Shown here: one piece after another, positions 47,220-57,454 of the stretch
How the letters are laid out: every line of letters starts with the position of its first letter
Numbering within the stretch: the stretch's first letter is position 1
DNA from: a virus
DNA length: 64,000 nt
Reading direction: 5' to 3' (one strand)
IMG/VR virus record: IMGVR_UViG_3300033064_006579
Location: 1 to 64,000 of that record
Made by a program: the position numbers and the translations under genes
The notes under the pieces: model-generated
Told to the model about the DNA's origin: nothing
Databases searched by the model: none
Seen by the model: the letters and a program-made list of their open reading frames with translations, nothing else

Positions 47220-48200
47220 CCTCCCTTTTTTAGTTTTTACTTTGATTTTGCACTCCCGGCTGATCACTCTCAAACTCGGCTCACGAAATTGAGTATGACA
47301 ATAATCAGCTTTGCAGAACAAAATCTACAATCTCCTATCATCGGCATCTCTGGTTTGCGGGGACAGGTTCGCGTGGAGTAGGGTAAGAAACTATATTTTA
47401 TGTCTTAATTTCCCGTCGGCTTGCATGAGAAAATCGCTCATCGCCGGAAGCTACTATATATAGTTTCGGGTGAATCACAGAATTCGCTTTGATACTGTCG
47501 ACTTTCTTGCCCGTCAAACTCCGGCATTTAAAATAACCGGCATTTGCCATAAAGAGTTGATTTTTAACTTAAAAACCTAAAATTGCTATTCACATCCCCT
47601 GGAATAGTCAGGTTCGGTTCTTTCACACCGAAAAATCACTGTAAGTCATTGTTTATACTTTTGTTTTCCCTATTTCTGAGAGGGAGGAGCTTAATCTGCC
47701 CCTACAGGTCTGAACCGCCCGCCTGCACGTGGGTGGGTTTCTACTTGATATTCCGGCTTCCCAGACCGGTCGCCCCAGCTGTGCTTATTATGGTGGGGTC
47801 GTTTGAGCTTTGCCTTTAGCTCTCTTTACTCTGGTTCCGGGGGCCGGTAGTATCCTTTCGGCAGAGTTTTTATTTTTTTGGAGGGGTTTAAGCTCTTTGG
47901 CCGCCCCCTCTCTGATCCTCTCTTTTCTCACCCCCCCTCCCTTATTAACTATTAAATTTTAATCCTATTTTAATGGTTTTTAATAGGAAGTAAAGCCCGA
48001 TATAGAGTGATTAAACCCGATGAGAGGCGATTACGGGAAAATCGAATACCCATAAATTCTTTATTTTTTGACTTAAGTTATTGATTATACTAAAGAAATG
48101 AGAAATAGGGAGGAAATTCCAAAAACTTTTTTCGTAGATATACTAAAAAATTTAAAGAAATGCTTTCGTTTCCAATAAAACAAGGATTTTTCTTAATTTT
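47220..48200. other. ~1-kb non-coding control region between the late/lysis and early modules
   Basis: No credible ORF. Contains hairpins and AT tracts. Confidence 0.5.
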
Positions 48201-48202
48201 TT

Positions 48203-48706
48203 TTATATCACCCCACGAGATTTCAGTATTTTTTCGACAGACGCCCCTGTCACGTAGGCCAGAGGTATCGCAACTATCAACACGACGAGAATTGTCACGA
48301 GCCACATCCCCTGAATTCCGAGTTTATTGTCAATGAGTGCCTTTATAACATCATCTGTCAAAACAATGCCTACAATCCTTTTTGTCTGCCACGCCGCGAA
48401 TCCTACAATCACCCAACGAATGGAGGCGCGACCAAGAAGAATAACTCTGCCAACAAGAAAATCCTTCAGGGCCTCAGCCGATCCGAACATTTTGATTTGA
48501 TAATCTCGCTGCGCCTGCGACTCTCGAAATATTAATTCCAGCTCAGCAAGCTCCCCGGACTGATCAAGTTGTTTGACAGCGAATTTCATCTGCTCAATAA
48601 ATTGTGCCTTGGTGAATTCCAGCGTCTCTTTCTCGCTCTTATCCATCCAAAATTTATCGGCAATTTTTGTTCCTGCTTTTATAACAGCATCTATAATGGG
48701 TATCAT
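48203..48706 (-). CDS. Holin-like membrane protein (3TM-holin-like)
   Basis: Amphipathic N-terminus IADKF..DKSEK, RASIRW and C-terminal TM ending in SVEK. Confidence 0.55.
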   Translation of the reverse strand: MIPIIDAVIKAGTKIADKFWMDKSEKETLEFTKAQFIEQMKFAVKQLDQSGELAELELIFRESQAQRDYQIKMFGSAEALKDFLVGRVILLGRASIRWVIVGFAAWQTKRIVGIVLTDDVIKALIDNKLGIQGMWLVTILVVLIVAIPLAYVTGASVEKILKSRGVI

Positions 48707-48894
48707 TTTTGCACCCTCCTCTTCGATCGGCAATTAATGATCCGTAAAACGATAGGCCAAAGTACCCGCTCGTAAAGAACGCCTACTCTCCTGGCGATTT
48801 GACGGCTTAAACCACAGTCTACGAGCCTGCAATAGACGTGTAATGGATTGAGTCGATGAGCAATATATCCTTTTATGTCCCGCCATAGCTCCAT
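48703..48894 (-). CDS. Small hypothetical protein
   Basis: HRLNPLHVYCRL. Packed between its neighbours. Confidence 0.45.
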   Translation of the reverse strand: MELWRDIKGYIAHRLNPLHVYCRLVDCGLSRQIARRVGVLYERVLWPIVLRIINCRSKRRVQK

Positions 48895-49469
48895 TTTTTA
48901 GTCAGATTAAATCCAGCGATTGGCTCGTTTTTATCCAAACACTTTGACGCCTTGAGCATGGCAGATGTGATACTTCCATTATCCAAAACATAGAAATCCC
49001 TGTCTTTGAGGTTGATATACAGACAGGCAAAGGCGTGGCCACTGACGATTACAATCCCGATATGATCGTTAGAAATCCCTTCTTTTCTCAGAAGCGCGTA
49101 TTTCAAAATTGCCTGCCCCTCACAATCTGCCCTCCCTCGATCAAGGGTTTCCCTTGAGGTTTCCCAGTAATCCCTTTCACCCCAGCCGATAATGTCGGGC
49201 TCGTATCTTATCTCAAGATTCACGTGGCGATTAATCCTGCGAGCGATTTCTATCATTTTGTTTTTCGATATCTTTTTTACCGAATAGATATTTGTCGAAG
49301 TTTTACCCTTCTCTCTTTTAATCCAGTCATCGATCTTGGCATGGTAATCACCGGCATAAGTGTTTGAAAAACGCCTTGGATTAATCTCGACCTTCTTCCT
49401 GAAAAGGGCGAAAATTGTGTCTTTAATTTCTTTGAGTATGAGGATTAAATATTTCATCTTTTCGCTCAT
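48873..49469 (-). CDS. Transglutaminase-like cysteine protease (BTLCP/LapG-like)
   Basis: Y.PD...WG..DYW, ADCEGQAILKY, GHA and VLDN give a Cys-His-Asp triad. Confidence 0.82.
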   Translation of the reverse strand: MSEKMKYLILILKEIKDTIFALFRKKVEINPRRFSNTYAGDYHAKIDDWIKREKGKTSTNIYSVKKISKNKMIEIARRINRHVNLEIRYEPDIIGWGERDYWETSRETLDRGRADCEGQAILKYALLRKEGISNDHIGIVIVSGHAFACLYINLKDRDFYVLDNGSITSAMLKASKCLDKNEPIAGFNLTKKWSYGGT

Positions 49470-50350
49470 TAATTATTATTATCAATCAAACAGGTGCTAT
49501 CCCAAATCGACCAGTAAATATCGGCCTTCATCTCTCTATTATTATTCGTGGCATCTCGATAGATCTCTGGCGCCGCGTCGCTAAGGGTTAGTGTAAGTGC
49601 CGCTGCATGAGAAAGTCTTTTGTTTGCAGGAAAATCAGACCATTTAGTGGGCTGTCCACCGGCACCAGACCCGGTGTTCCCTTCAATGAATCCGGCTCTT
49701 GTTACACCGTCGGCAGCGCTCGACCACATCGCGATATACAAAATAGTATTCGTAGCGGGAATATCAGTAGTCCATGTACTAATAGATGTTGTTCCAGCCA
49801 TAGCCTCAAGATTCGCAGCAACAGCTGTTCTTCTTCTCATTATATCAGACCCGGCCCACTGGATGAGGGCTTCGTAATCCTCCGTTGGGTTCCAGTTTTC
49901 AACTTTGAAAATAATTGTCCAGGTCGATAAGCCGGAAAGCAAATCCCTAAAACCTGTAGTCGTGGTGAAATAATAAGTGTTGCCATCCAAAGATCTTGGT
50001 ATCCCCGCTGGCATGTTACCCACCTCAGTCCACGTTAGGTTAGGTGCGACAACAGTACCAGTCGCAGAATAGCCAATATCGTCGTCTCCTATATTTACTG
50101 CATCATGAAAAATACAAAAGTCTACTTCTGTGAGGCTCTCTTGACTATCCTGATTCCAATCTGCATAAAGGATTCCTCCTTCGACATCTCTACTCAATCT
50201 ATCGCCAGGCATGAGCCTTGTGCCAAAACCCCGGACAGGATCTTTCGTAACTTCCCAAATGTTGCTACGATTACCAAGCTCGATGCATTCCTTATTCGAC
50301 GGCTTAATAATTCCAGCCCGTCTTGTCAGGGTCGAAGTCATCCTTCCCAT
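49469..50350 (-). CDS. Virion/tail-associated beta-sandwich protein
   Basis: Thr/Gly-rich with a LamG-like pattern. Position next to the tail genes. Confidence 0.4.
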   Translation of the reverse strand: MGRMTSTLTRRAGIIKPSNKECIELGNRSNIWEVTKDPVRGFGTRLMPGDRLSRDVEGGILYADWNQDSQESLTEVDFCIFHDAVNIGDDDIGYSATGTVVAPNLTWTEVGNMPAGIPRSLDGNTYYFTTTTGFRDLLSGLSTWTIIFKVENWNPTEDYEALIQWAGSDIMRRRTAVAANLEAMAGTTSISTWTTDIPATNTILYIAMWSSAADGVTRAGFIEGNTGSGAGGQPTKWSDFPANKRLSHAAALTLTLSDAAPEIYRDATNNNREMKADIYWSIWDSTCLIDNNN

Positions 50351-50351
50351 T

Positions 50352-50750
50352 TTATCGCTCCTCGCCACCCATAACCATATAACCAATTGTGGTACCGCCG
50401 CCAGCGACATCCCCGCTATTCAAATGCCATATCTGAATGCTGTCGTTTTGATCGCCGAAAATAATTCCCGGCACCCCGCAGTCGATTATAAAGGTTTCGT
50501 TAGTAACCAAACTTTTCGTAAAAAATTGATTTGTAACACACGGTTTCCCAAGAGCGGTCGCGCTATCCGGCACGGCAAATAACTTGACAGATGTCTCGGA
50601 GTAATCGAGGCAACCGTCGTAGGGCACGTGAAGCCAAATTTGCCTAACAAAACTGGTGACTCCAGATCCATTCTGAAAAATCGCGATCGTTGTCCCTGCC
50701 GTAGTAACCCCTGACATCTCAGCCAGAATTTTATGATCGTATGCAGCCAT
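50352..50750 (-). CDS. Small virion-associated protein
   Basis: Beta-rich, in the tail-fibre region. Confidence 0.45.
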   Translation of the reverse strand: MAAYDHKILAEMSGVTTAGTTIAIFQNGSGVTSFVRQIWLHVPYDGCLDYSETSVKLFAVPDSATALGKPCVTNQFFTKSLVTNETFIIDCGVPGIIFGDQNDSIQIWHLNSGDVAGGGTTIGYMVMGGEER

Positions 50751-50762
50751 TTCTATTTCCTC

Positions 50763-51512
50763 CTATGCTAATCCGTATTTTTTGTGATCTGACAAAGTGT
50801 CCGCAGGTGACAGGACCTTTTGAACTGTCACCCCACCCGAACCATCAGCAACCAAGGCCATGCTCGTCCCAGCATAATCTCTCGATGTCGCCGAGTTCGA
50901 GAAAATCCCACGAGTCCACGGTATATTTCTGTGAAAGTTTTCTATGCTCTGACCAAACTCTGGCGTCGTCATACTCACGTCGATAACGGCGTCCTTGACG
51001 TTGATGGTTGTCGTGGTTGCTGCGTATGTGACCGCCGTGACGTACGAATATTGCGGGGCATTAGCCACTCCATTGAATTTTATGGCCCTTCCGACTGTGT
51101 AGACGGCTCGGACGTCACCACCCTCCTTCCATTGCGTCGTGGAGTGGTAATCCCACGGAGTCGTCCCCGACGTCCACCAAGCACCGGCTGGCGACGTTCC
51201 CGACAGGGTGCCGTCCTCGTTTATCGAAACATCAAGTCTGGCATCAAGAGATGAATGCGATCCGCGAGCATTGGAAACCTCTGTCTCAATTGGTGTATTC
51301 GCATATGTCCACTGCCATGTAGAGCCAGAGTAAACCCTCAAGATTTGATCTGTGCTTTGAAACCATGGTCTACCTGTCTCTGGAGAACCCGGTTCAGAGG
51401 CCCCAACAAATAAGGTGGCACAAGCGTCTATGTGATTCCTGATTATTGCATAGAGCTCGCCAAAAGTCGTAGTGCCCGTCGCCGGATTTGTATTCGTATA
51501 AGTCTGTCCCAT
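50763..51512 (-). CDS. Tail fibre/receptor-binding-related protein
   Basis: GRPWF...LRVYSGSTW and EVSNARG..SSLDARL motifs seen in tail fibres. Confidence 0.55.
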   Translation of the reverse strand: MGQTYTNTNPATGTTTFGELYAIIRNHIDACATLFVGASEPGSPETGRPWFQSTDQILRVYSGSTWQWTYANTPIETEVSNARGSHSSLDARLDVSINEDGTLSGTSPAGAWWTSGTTPWDYHSTTQWKEGGDVRAVYTVGRAIKFNGVANAPQYSYVTAVTYAATTTTINVKDAVIDVSMTTPEFGQSIENFHRNIPWTRGIFSNSATSRDYAGTSMALVADGSGGVTVQKVLSPADTLSDHKKYGLA

Positions 51513-51776
51513 TTATATCCCTCCACATCTAACTATATTTGTCAGGAATTTTTTTACAGCAATTCCTATTCTATTGATTACCCATGGCTTCATTATTTCA
51601 ACGTGATAATTAGTGAGTTTATTTTCAATTCTATTGATTACCCATAGCTTCATTATTTCAGCGTGATAATTAGTGAGTTTATTTTCAATCCTATTATCAA
51701 CCCAATCCTTGATTTGTTGTCTCGTCGCCTGGTCCTGACTATGAATCATTCGACTTGTTGCAGATTGAGAAACCAC
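51513..51776 (-). CDS. Small protein with 20-aa tandem repeat
   Basis: WVxNRIENKLTNYHxEIMK repeated. Confidence 0.45.
   Translation of the reverse strand: MVSQSATSRMIHSQDQATRQQIKDWVDNRIENKLTNYHAEIMKLWVINRIENKLTNYHVEIMKPWVINRIGIAVKKFLTNIVRCGGI
51568..51696. repeat. 60-bp tandem repeat (2 copies + partial)
   Basis: The copies at 51568 and 51628 differ at 2 positions. Confidence 0.85.
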
Positions 51777-51777
51777 C

Positions 51778-54700
51778 TTAATACCCCTTGATAAATAAAT
51801 CTATCTGTCCACTTTGTTTTGCACCAGCGTCATCGTAAAGCGTGATATAAAAATCTGTTAGGGTCTTATTTTTAATCATGACGTAATACGGATCTGATAC
51901 GACCGATGGAGAGACCAAGTAATTGACAAGAAAATTTAAGCTAAAATCAGTTGATAAATCAAAAGTCGATCCCGATGCCCCGACAAGCTGGCTGTTAAAG
52001 GTATAATTTGTTTCAGGCACATCAATCCATGTATAAATGCTTGTAAATGCGAGAGCAGTAAAATTACTGTCCAGATTAAACCTATCCTTACGTTGAAAAT
52101 ATCTAAACGACGCCTGCACAGGAGAGGCTTGATATGTCGTCCAGCTCAGGGCTGTCAATGGGGATGAGCCTGAAACTCTATAAAAAGTTTGGTGTGACGA
52201 TTCGTCTGTAATTTCCGTATCCGTATCCGCTGGATAGGTCTGATCCGTCCTGCTCGGATAGGTTCGATCTGTGAACCGTAGGATTTCACTCTCATAATCT
52301 TTGAATAATCTCAAGGTGCCGGTTATCGATTTCGTCAAGTCTCTTGTCGGCGAAATATAATATCCCTCCGTTTTAGTCGTTCCAGTATATTCGGTTAACG
52401 ACGTGCCTGAATCGACCCACTTAGAAACGCCACTCCCGACATCGAGAAGGGTATGAGGAACATGGAGGCCGGGGGTGTTTCCAGAGTGAACCCAAACAAG
52501 ATTGTTTGTGACATTAGACGCCGAAAGGTCACCAGTGACAGAGGAGGCGACTCCGTTTACAAAATCATCGAGTTCTTCTTTCTCGTAGACTATATTTATG
52601 ATGTCCGCTATGCCAGAAACCACCACTGTTATCGTAGACCCGGTAGATGATTTATTGCCAGAGTTATCTATCGCCTTAATATGCCATTTGAATGTTCCAT
52701 CATAAGTGAGTTTGTGAGTATATGTGTTTGCAGAAACCTCCTTTACGATCACGACTCCACTCATCCACGTCGGCCCCTCTCTGATTTCATATCCTCGCCT
52801 GTCGACGTCGGCAACATGATCCCACCTCATAATCAAACTCATGCCATCTTGAACACCAATAAAACCAGTGACATTCGCTGGAGGAGCGTACTTCCATAGA
52901 ATCGTAATCACACTTTTTATTACATTATTCGAATCGGGAGAATGTCCCCTATCTGCAAGGATATCGCTACCGCAAATCGCAATCTGATATGCATGTTGAT
53001 ATTGCCATGCATGAGTCGATATATATCCCAAATTTTTAGTCGCGCCGAGAAATTCCCAGACAGAGTCTGTCACAGAGGAATCTTTACGATATATATCCCA
53101 CTTTGCAAGCTTGCGCTCATCATAGACTACGTAATCCCAAGTCATGTGAACCTCGGAACTATAAACTCCGGCGACTTCCGACTTCAAAACTTCATTAATG
53201 TGAACATTAGTAGCGATTGGAATTGCTTGAAGAGCACTTGAATTCCAAGTTGTCGGAAGCGATTCCGTATAAAGACTCGCGTTATACTCAACGGCACTTA
53301 TAGTCCTTTTCAGGTCCTGAGAGCGAGAGATTCCAATTACCTTAAACAACTTAAATTCAGAATTCTGAACGCCGAATGTAAATAAATCGTTCTCGGCCGG
53401 ATTAGATGTCCAATTCGAACTAACCGTCAGTTTATTAGTTGTCGCGCTCGAAGTGGTGACGGTCCTATTTTCAACAGTGTCGTCGGCATGACGAATATAA
53501 ACAATATAAGTAGACGAGCCATCCAGCGTAAGTTGCTGATCGATTGTCACTGTATTATTAGTTGAGTCTAAAACTCTGCCACCATATCCCCACTGCGGCA
53601 AATCATGTTGGACCCGAATCACATCTCCTAATTGACAGGCGATCGCGTCAACGTCGACACCAAACTCAATGGAACGAACTAAATATTTGTTTAGGTTTAG
53701 CCTATAAACCGCCTCTCTGTAGGCCTGTTGGTATGACGTGCACCCGTATAAAACTAACGATGCCTTTTTCTCAACGCCACCCTCTACCCAATCGTTGCCG
53801 TAAACTTGTATAATCTCTCGTTGGAAATCTCTCGCTTTATCGAAATAAGTTACCTCAAAGATATTCGCTCGGTCTTCGAGCGCGAGAAAAGTCTCTTTGA
53901 ACGAATCCCGAACAATGTTCGAAACATTGAACATCTGGACAGGATCGCCACTTTTATCTACGACACAAGAAAATTTAGTCCCCCTCATTATTACAATGCC
54001 ACGTCCGACTTGAGCAACATGTACCAAAGCATCCCACATACTCATTTGCGAATCAAATACTATGTTGATGATCGCCCTCGGCACCCCATTAATTTTTACA
54101 TTGCACCAATCTGCCCATTCTGAAAAGGCAGTATAATCCATCCTCGCCGGAGCAACACCGTCATAACCTTTGACTTGAAGATTATATACGCTACCATCAT
54201 AACTAATATCGAGAGTATAATATGGGCGAACAAGCATGTCATAGCAAGCCCACGCCGGATTATCTGCTGGTTTTGGCTCCCAAACTCCGGTTGTTGGGTT
54301 GTAAATAGGCACAATGTTTCTAATCACTTCGCAGGTTACGTTCGGAACCGCTCCCGCCAGTTGGTTGGTTGCAAGAGCGCGAACACCAAGGAGGGCAGTA
54401 TATGGATATGCAAAATCATCGGGGATTATCTGCGCGATCCCACCAAGATACAACGTGTTTTCATATCGCCCACCAGTCCCGGCAACGGCAAGTTTTTTAA
54501 GCCTTACTTCATATGATCCGGCAGAAAGATCTCTCACATCGAAGCTACGCCTCAAAGGGCCTCTTCGAGCACCGATGATATTAATAGCTCCAAGAGCGCC
54601 ACCCGTATTGACAGTTCTTGTAATGCTCGAAAACCATTCCTCGACGTCGGCAAGAAAGGCGCCAGAATCCATCTTGTTTCTAACCTCTACAACCTGCCTA

Positions 54701-56043
54701 TTGAGACCAGTGATTTCAACCCACACACCCATTGTATCGTAAGTTCCGAAATCTTGCCAACCACCCGACTGGTCGGGGTAACCACTTCCGACTCTATATT
54801 GAATCGTTGCCGTAAGCGCGGGGTTCCAGACTGGTTCCAGATCGACTTGCATATACGGGGTGCGGATTGGGAAAGACCACCATCCCGGCTTTATCTTTGG
54901 GCAACTCGGGCAATTTGGCAATCCATATTGAGAAGCATATTGAAATTTAACCGATTGACATTGACTCGTAAATTTAAAGCCCTGCGCGGTATAGACAAAA
55001 TCAGAATAGGTTTCCTTTCCACCCTCACCGGCAACTATCGAAGTCCAAGCTGCATCGCCCACCATACGGTATTCAATTGACATCTCGATATTGGTACTAT
55101 CTAACCCACCCTGCCCGTTAACATAATATAGGCCGTTGGGGCAAACTATATCGATTCTCAGCCCCTCTGTGGCGTCGCCCTCGACAGTCGCGGTGACATA
55201 TGCATCGGTCGTGATTTCTCTCGAATACGACTTGTAATTATAAGTGTCGCCAAAATATTCAACCGGCTCTTGATTCCTAACCCCTAATTTAATCCTCTGC
55301 CAAACATTATCAAAATTTTCGATTGCCTCGTCGTTAATTTTAATATTTGCTACGCCTTGAATACAACCATCGTGCAATGCGAGTAAAACGTTATAATATT
55401 GATCGTCGCCAACGGTATCGATATAACGATTTATAATGGTTCCGCCGACTCTGCGGGTTCCATAGATTCTCGGCAAAGGGTGACCTTGGGTAGTCATATT
55501 TCTCATGTCGCCCCACCCATAAGTATCAGTTTGCGCTTCCATTGATCCGGCACCAATCCCGGATGCTCCTCCAATACCGGGCAACGCCGGATATGAAGGT
55601 GGCGCATTAGGAAACAGAGCGTTAATTGCAAACGAGCCCATCATTCCAATCGCCATTATCGCAACTGCACCCCAACCTGCTCCGAGAGCGGCTGGTGCCG
55701 TTAGGTATGGAGCGACAACCATGAGGACAACCATGAGGACAACCATCGCGATCGTCCTACCCCAGTTCTTATCCCCCTCCCCCTCTCCTCCGCCTCCTCT
55801 TGGCACTGGTACGACGACTATATGATCATTAATATTCGGACAAACCGCGATTAGTTCAGAATCATCAAGCACTCTTCCGTTGATGCTGTATTTTACATCG
55901 ACATCTCTCATAGAAACGATATTTTTATCAGCGACATACTCGGAAATCGGCTTGGCGACCTCGTGCTCAAGCCAATAATCGGTCCTCTTCGAGATATCGA
56001 ACATACTGCTTACGACAGTTAATTTTACTTTGTTATACGACAT
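51778..56043 (-). CDS. Tail tip/host-specificity protein (lambda gpJ-like, with gpI-like N-terminus)
   Basis: Motifs PLPRIYG.RRVGG, YPYTALLG, DNPAW and GDVIRVQH, with FN3 repeats. Confidence 0.88.
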   Translation of the reverse strand: MSYNKVKLTVVSSMFDISKRTDYWLEHEVAKPISEYVADKNIVSMRDVDVKYSINGRVLDDSELIAVCPNINDHIVVVPVPRGGGGEGEGDKNWGRTIAMVVLMVVLMVVAPYLTAPAALGAGWGAVAIMAIGMMGSFAINALFPNAPPSYPALPGIGGASGIGAGSMEAQTDTYGWGDMRNMTTQGHPLPRIYGTRRVGGTIINRYIDTVGDDQYYNVLLALHDGCIQGVANIKINDEAIENFDNVWQRIKLGVRNQEPVEYFGDTYNYKSYSREITTDAYVTATVEGDATEGLRIDIVCPNGLYYVNGQGGLDSTNIEMSIEYRMVGDAAWTSIVAGEGGKETYSDFVYTAQGFKFTSQCQSVKFQYASQYGLPNCPSCPKIKPGWWSFPIRTPYMQVDLEPVWNPALTATIQYRVGSGYPDQSGGWQDFGTYDTMGVWVEITGLNRQVVEVRNKMDSGAFLADVEEWFSSITRTVNTGGALGAINIIGARRGPLRRSFDVRDLSAGSYEVRLKKLAVAGTGGRYENTLYLGGIAQIIPDDFAYPYTALLGVRALATNQLAGAVPNVTCEVIRNIVPIYNPTTGVWEPKPADNPAWACYDMLVRPYYTLDISYDGSVYNLQVKGYDGVAPARMDYTAFSEWADWCNVKINGVPRAIINIVFDSQMSMWDALVHVAQVGRGIVIMRGTKFSCVVDKSGDPVQMFNVSNIVRDSFKETFLALEDRANIFEVTYFDKARDFQREIIQVYGNDWVEGGVEKKASLVLYGCTSYQQAYREAVYRLNLNKYLVRSIEFGVDVDAIACQLGDVIRVQHDLPQWGYGGRVLDSTNNTVTIDQQLTLDGSSTYIVYIRHADDTVENRTVTTSSATTNKLTVSSNWTSNPAENDLFTFGVQNSEFKLFKVIGISRSQDLKRTISAVEYNASLYTESLPTTWNSSALQAIPIATNVHINEVLKSEVAGVYSSEVHMTWDYVVYDERKLAKWDIYRKDSSVTDSVWEFLGATKNLGYISTHAWQYQHAYQIAICGSDILADRGHSPDSNNVIKSVITILWKYAPPANVTGFIGVQDGMSLIMRWDHVADVDRRGYEIREGPTWMSGVVIVKEVSANTYTHKLTYDGTFKWHIKAIDNSGNKSSTGSTITVVVSGIADIINIVYEKEELDDFVNGVASSVTGDLSASNVTNNLVWVHSGNTPGLHVPHTLLDVGSGVSKWVDSGTSLTEYTGTTKTEGYYISPTRDLTKSITGTLRLFKDYESEILRFTDRTYPSRTDQTYPADTDTEITDESSHQTFYRVSGSSPLTALSWTTYQASPVQASFRYFQRKDRFNLDSNFTALAFTSIYTWIDVPETNYTFNSQLVGASGSTFDLSTDFSLNFLVNYLVSPSVVSDPYYVMIKNKTLTDFYITLYDDAGAKQSGQIDLFIKGY

Positions 56044-56431
56044 ATCTATAGTAACCGTGAATCTTTCTTTTCCAATACGGATGATCGAACTTCTCAATTA
56101 TCGACATAGTTTTTTCCATAGTGTGAATAAAGGTTTTTTCATCTATGCAAACCCCAAAATGATGATCGAAGCCTGGGTTTATTCTTAAAACAACTAGGCA
56201 GCCCTTCTCTGGCCCGCCGAGCTTGACCCATTTTCCGCTATCTCTTTCCTCTTTGAATTTAGATGAAATAACCTTCTTACAAAAAGCCCCTATATCAAAA
56301 TCAGGCATTTTCACGTCACTAAGGATTTCGGATGCACATATCACCAAGCCCCAACAGTCAAGGCCGGTCTTAGGGTTGCGGCCACTATCGACAAATGGGA
56401 TGCCAATCAAATCGAAAATATTACTACTCAT
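56033..56431 (-). CDS. NlpC/P60 tail assembly protein (gpK-like)
   Basis: GIPF...GLDCWGL, HFGV and FIH. Confidence 0.85.
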   Translation of the reverse strand: MSSNIFDLIGIPFVDSGRNPKTGLDCWGLVICASEILSDVKMPDFDIGAFCKKVISSKFKEERDSGKWVKLGGPEKGCLVVLRINPGFDHHFGVCIDEKTFIHTMEKTMSIIEKFDHPYWKRKIHGYYRYVV

Positions 56432-57084
56432 TATTTTAATCCCTTTAGATATACTCCGCCCTCTGGAATGCCAGGGAAGGCTCCGAAATATCTTATATTC
56501 CCATATTTTCTACAATCATCTATCGTTTTGGAACAAACTGTTCCGGGCGTCGAGCCAGAGTAACCACATTTATTCCCGCGGAAACTCCATCGACAAAAAT
56601 TCTTGATATATCGATTTGGAGGATGCATAACTGACGATTGGTTTCTCGCAGACAACCCAAAAGTCGCCCACTGCGTATCGGCGTAGGATGTAGTGCAAAT
56701 AAACGACTCTTCGATCTCCGCCGAAGTTAGACCAAGGTGATCGCTATGAACGACATATAGAGTGACTTCAGAACCAACACCACCTTTTGCTCCATCCATC
56801 TCCATGTAGGCCTGCATTGTTCGATTGGCATTGCCTATCCTAATATTGGCGACGGTCTGTTCGCCCATCCCCTCCTCTTTGGTATCGTCAATATCGAAGG
56901 GGAAAGCGTGCCAGGTATAGGTAGTGCCGCTTGTGGGCCAAACGATGCTCTCGGTGTTTCGACAAAATCGCAGAGTCGTGCTGTTAGGATCCGGGAAAAT
57001 TACTTTTGCCAGTAATAGCCACGCTCCGCTGGCCTGTAATTTGTTTTTTTCTAGAATCGCCGCACTACTTAAACTAAGAGCCAC
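56431..57084 (-). CDS. Minor tail protein L-like
   Basis: CRWSFRGNKCGY...CSKTIDDC...FGAFPG. Confidence 0.85.
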   Translation of the reverse strand: MALSLSSAAILEKNKLQASGAWLLLAKVIFPDPNSTTLRFCRNTESIVWPTSGTTYTWHAFPFDIDDTKEEGMGEQTVANIRIGNANRTMQAYMEMDGAKGGVGSEVTLYVVHSDHLGLTSAEIEESFICTTSYADTQWATFGLSARNQSSVMHPPNRYIKNFCRWSFRGNKCGYSGSTPGTVCSKTIDDCRKYGNIRYFGAFPGIPEGGVYLKGLK

Positions 57085-57087
57085 GCA

Positions 57088-57453
57088 TTATACCTCTCTT
57101 AAATCAATAGATCCGCTAAAGTAATTTTGATTGTAATTCGTAAAACTTATTGAATCGCTTAAAAATCTGACCTCATATGTCGAGCCACTCGTCGGTTCTG
57201 AAAAATTAAAACTTGAAGATCCACCAGTCACGCCACTTTCAAAAAAAGTCTGTAATGACACGTAGGAATTCTTTGACATATCTCTCCACGACAATGTAAA
57301 TTCTTTTCTTGCTCTTGTGAATTTGCCCCTTGTCTGTACGTAACCAGACTCGAACAGCGTTCTAATCGCAGGCATGTGAGTTGTGATTTTGATTGAATCG
57401 TATGCCCTTGAGATTCCGGTCGTACCTGATGGAAAATCTATTGCGCTCGTCAC
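57088..57453 (-). CDS. Distal tail protein (gpM-like)
   Basis: FESGYVQTR...FTLSW...F.F.EP...VRF. Follows the tape measure gene. Confidence 0.7.
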   Translation of the reverse strand: MTSAIDFPSGTTGISRAYDSIKITTHMPAIRTLFESGYVQTRGKFTRARKEFTLSWRDMSKNSYVSLQTFFESGVTGGSSSFNFSEPTSGSTYEVRFLSDSISFTNYNQNYFSGSIDLREV

Positions 57454-57454
57454 C

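Noticed and set aside
55062-55070. Match of one array half-spacer (CATACGGTA) in the tail-tip gene
   Set aside because: The partner spacer does not match the adjacent sequence, and single 9-mer hits are expected by chance in 64 kb.
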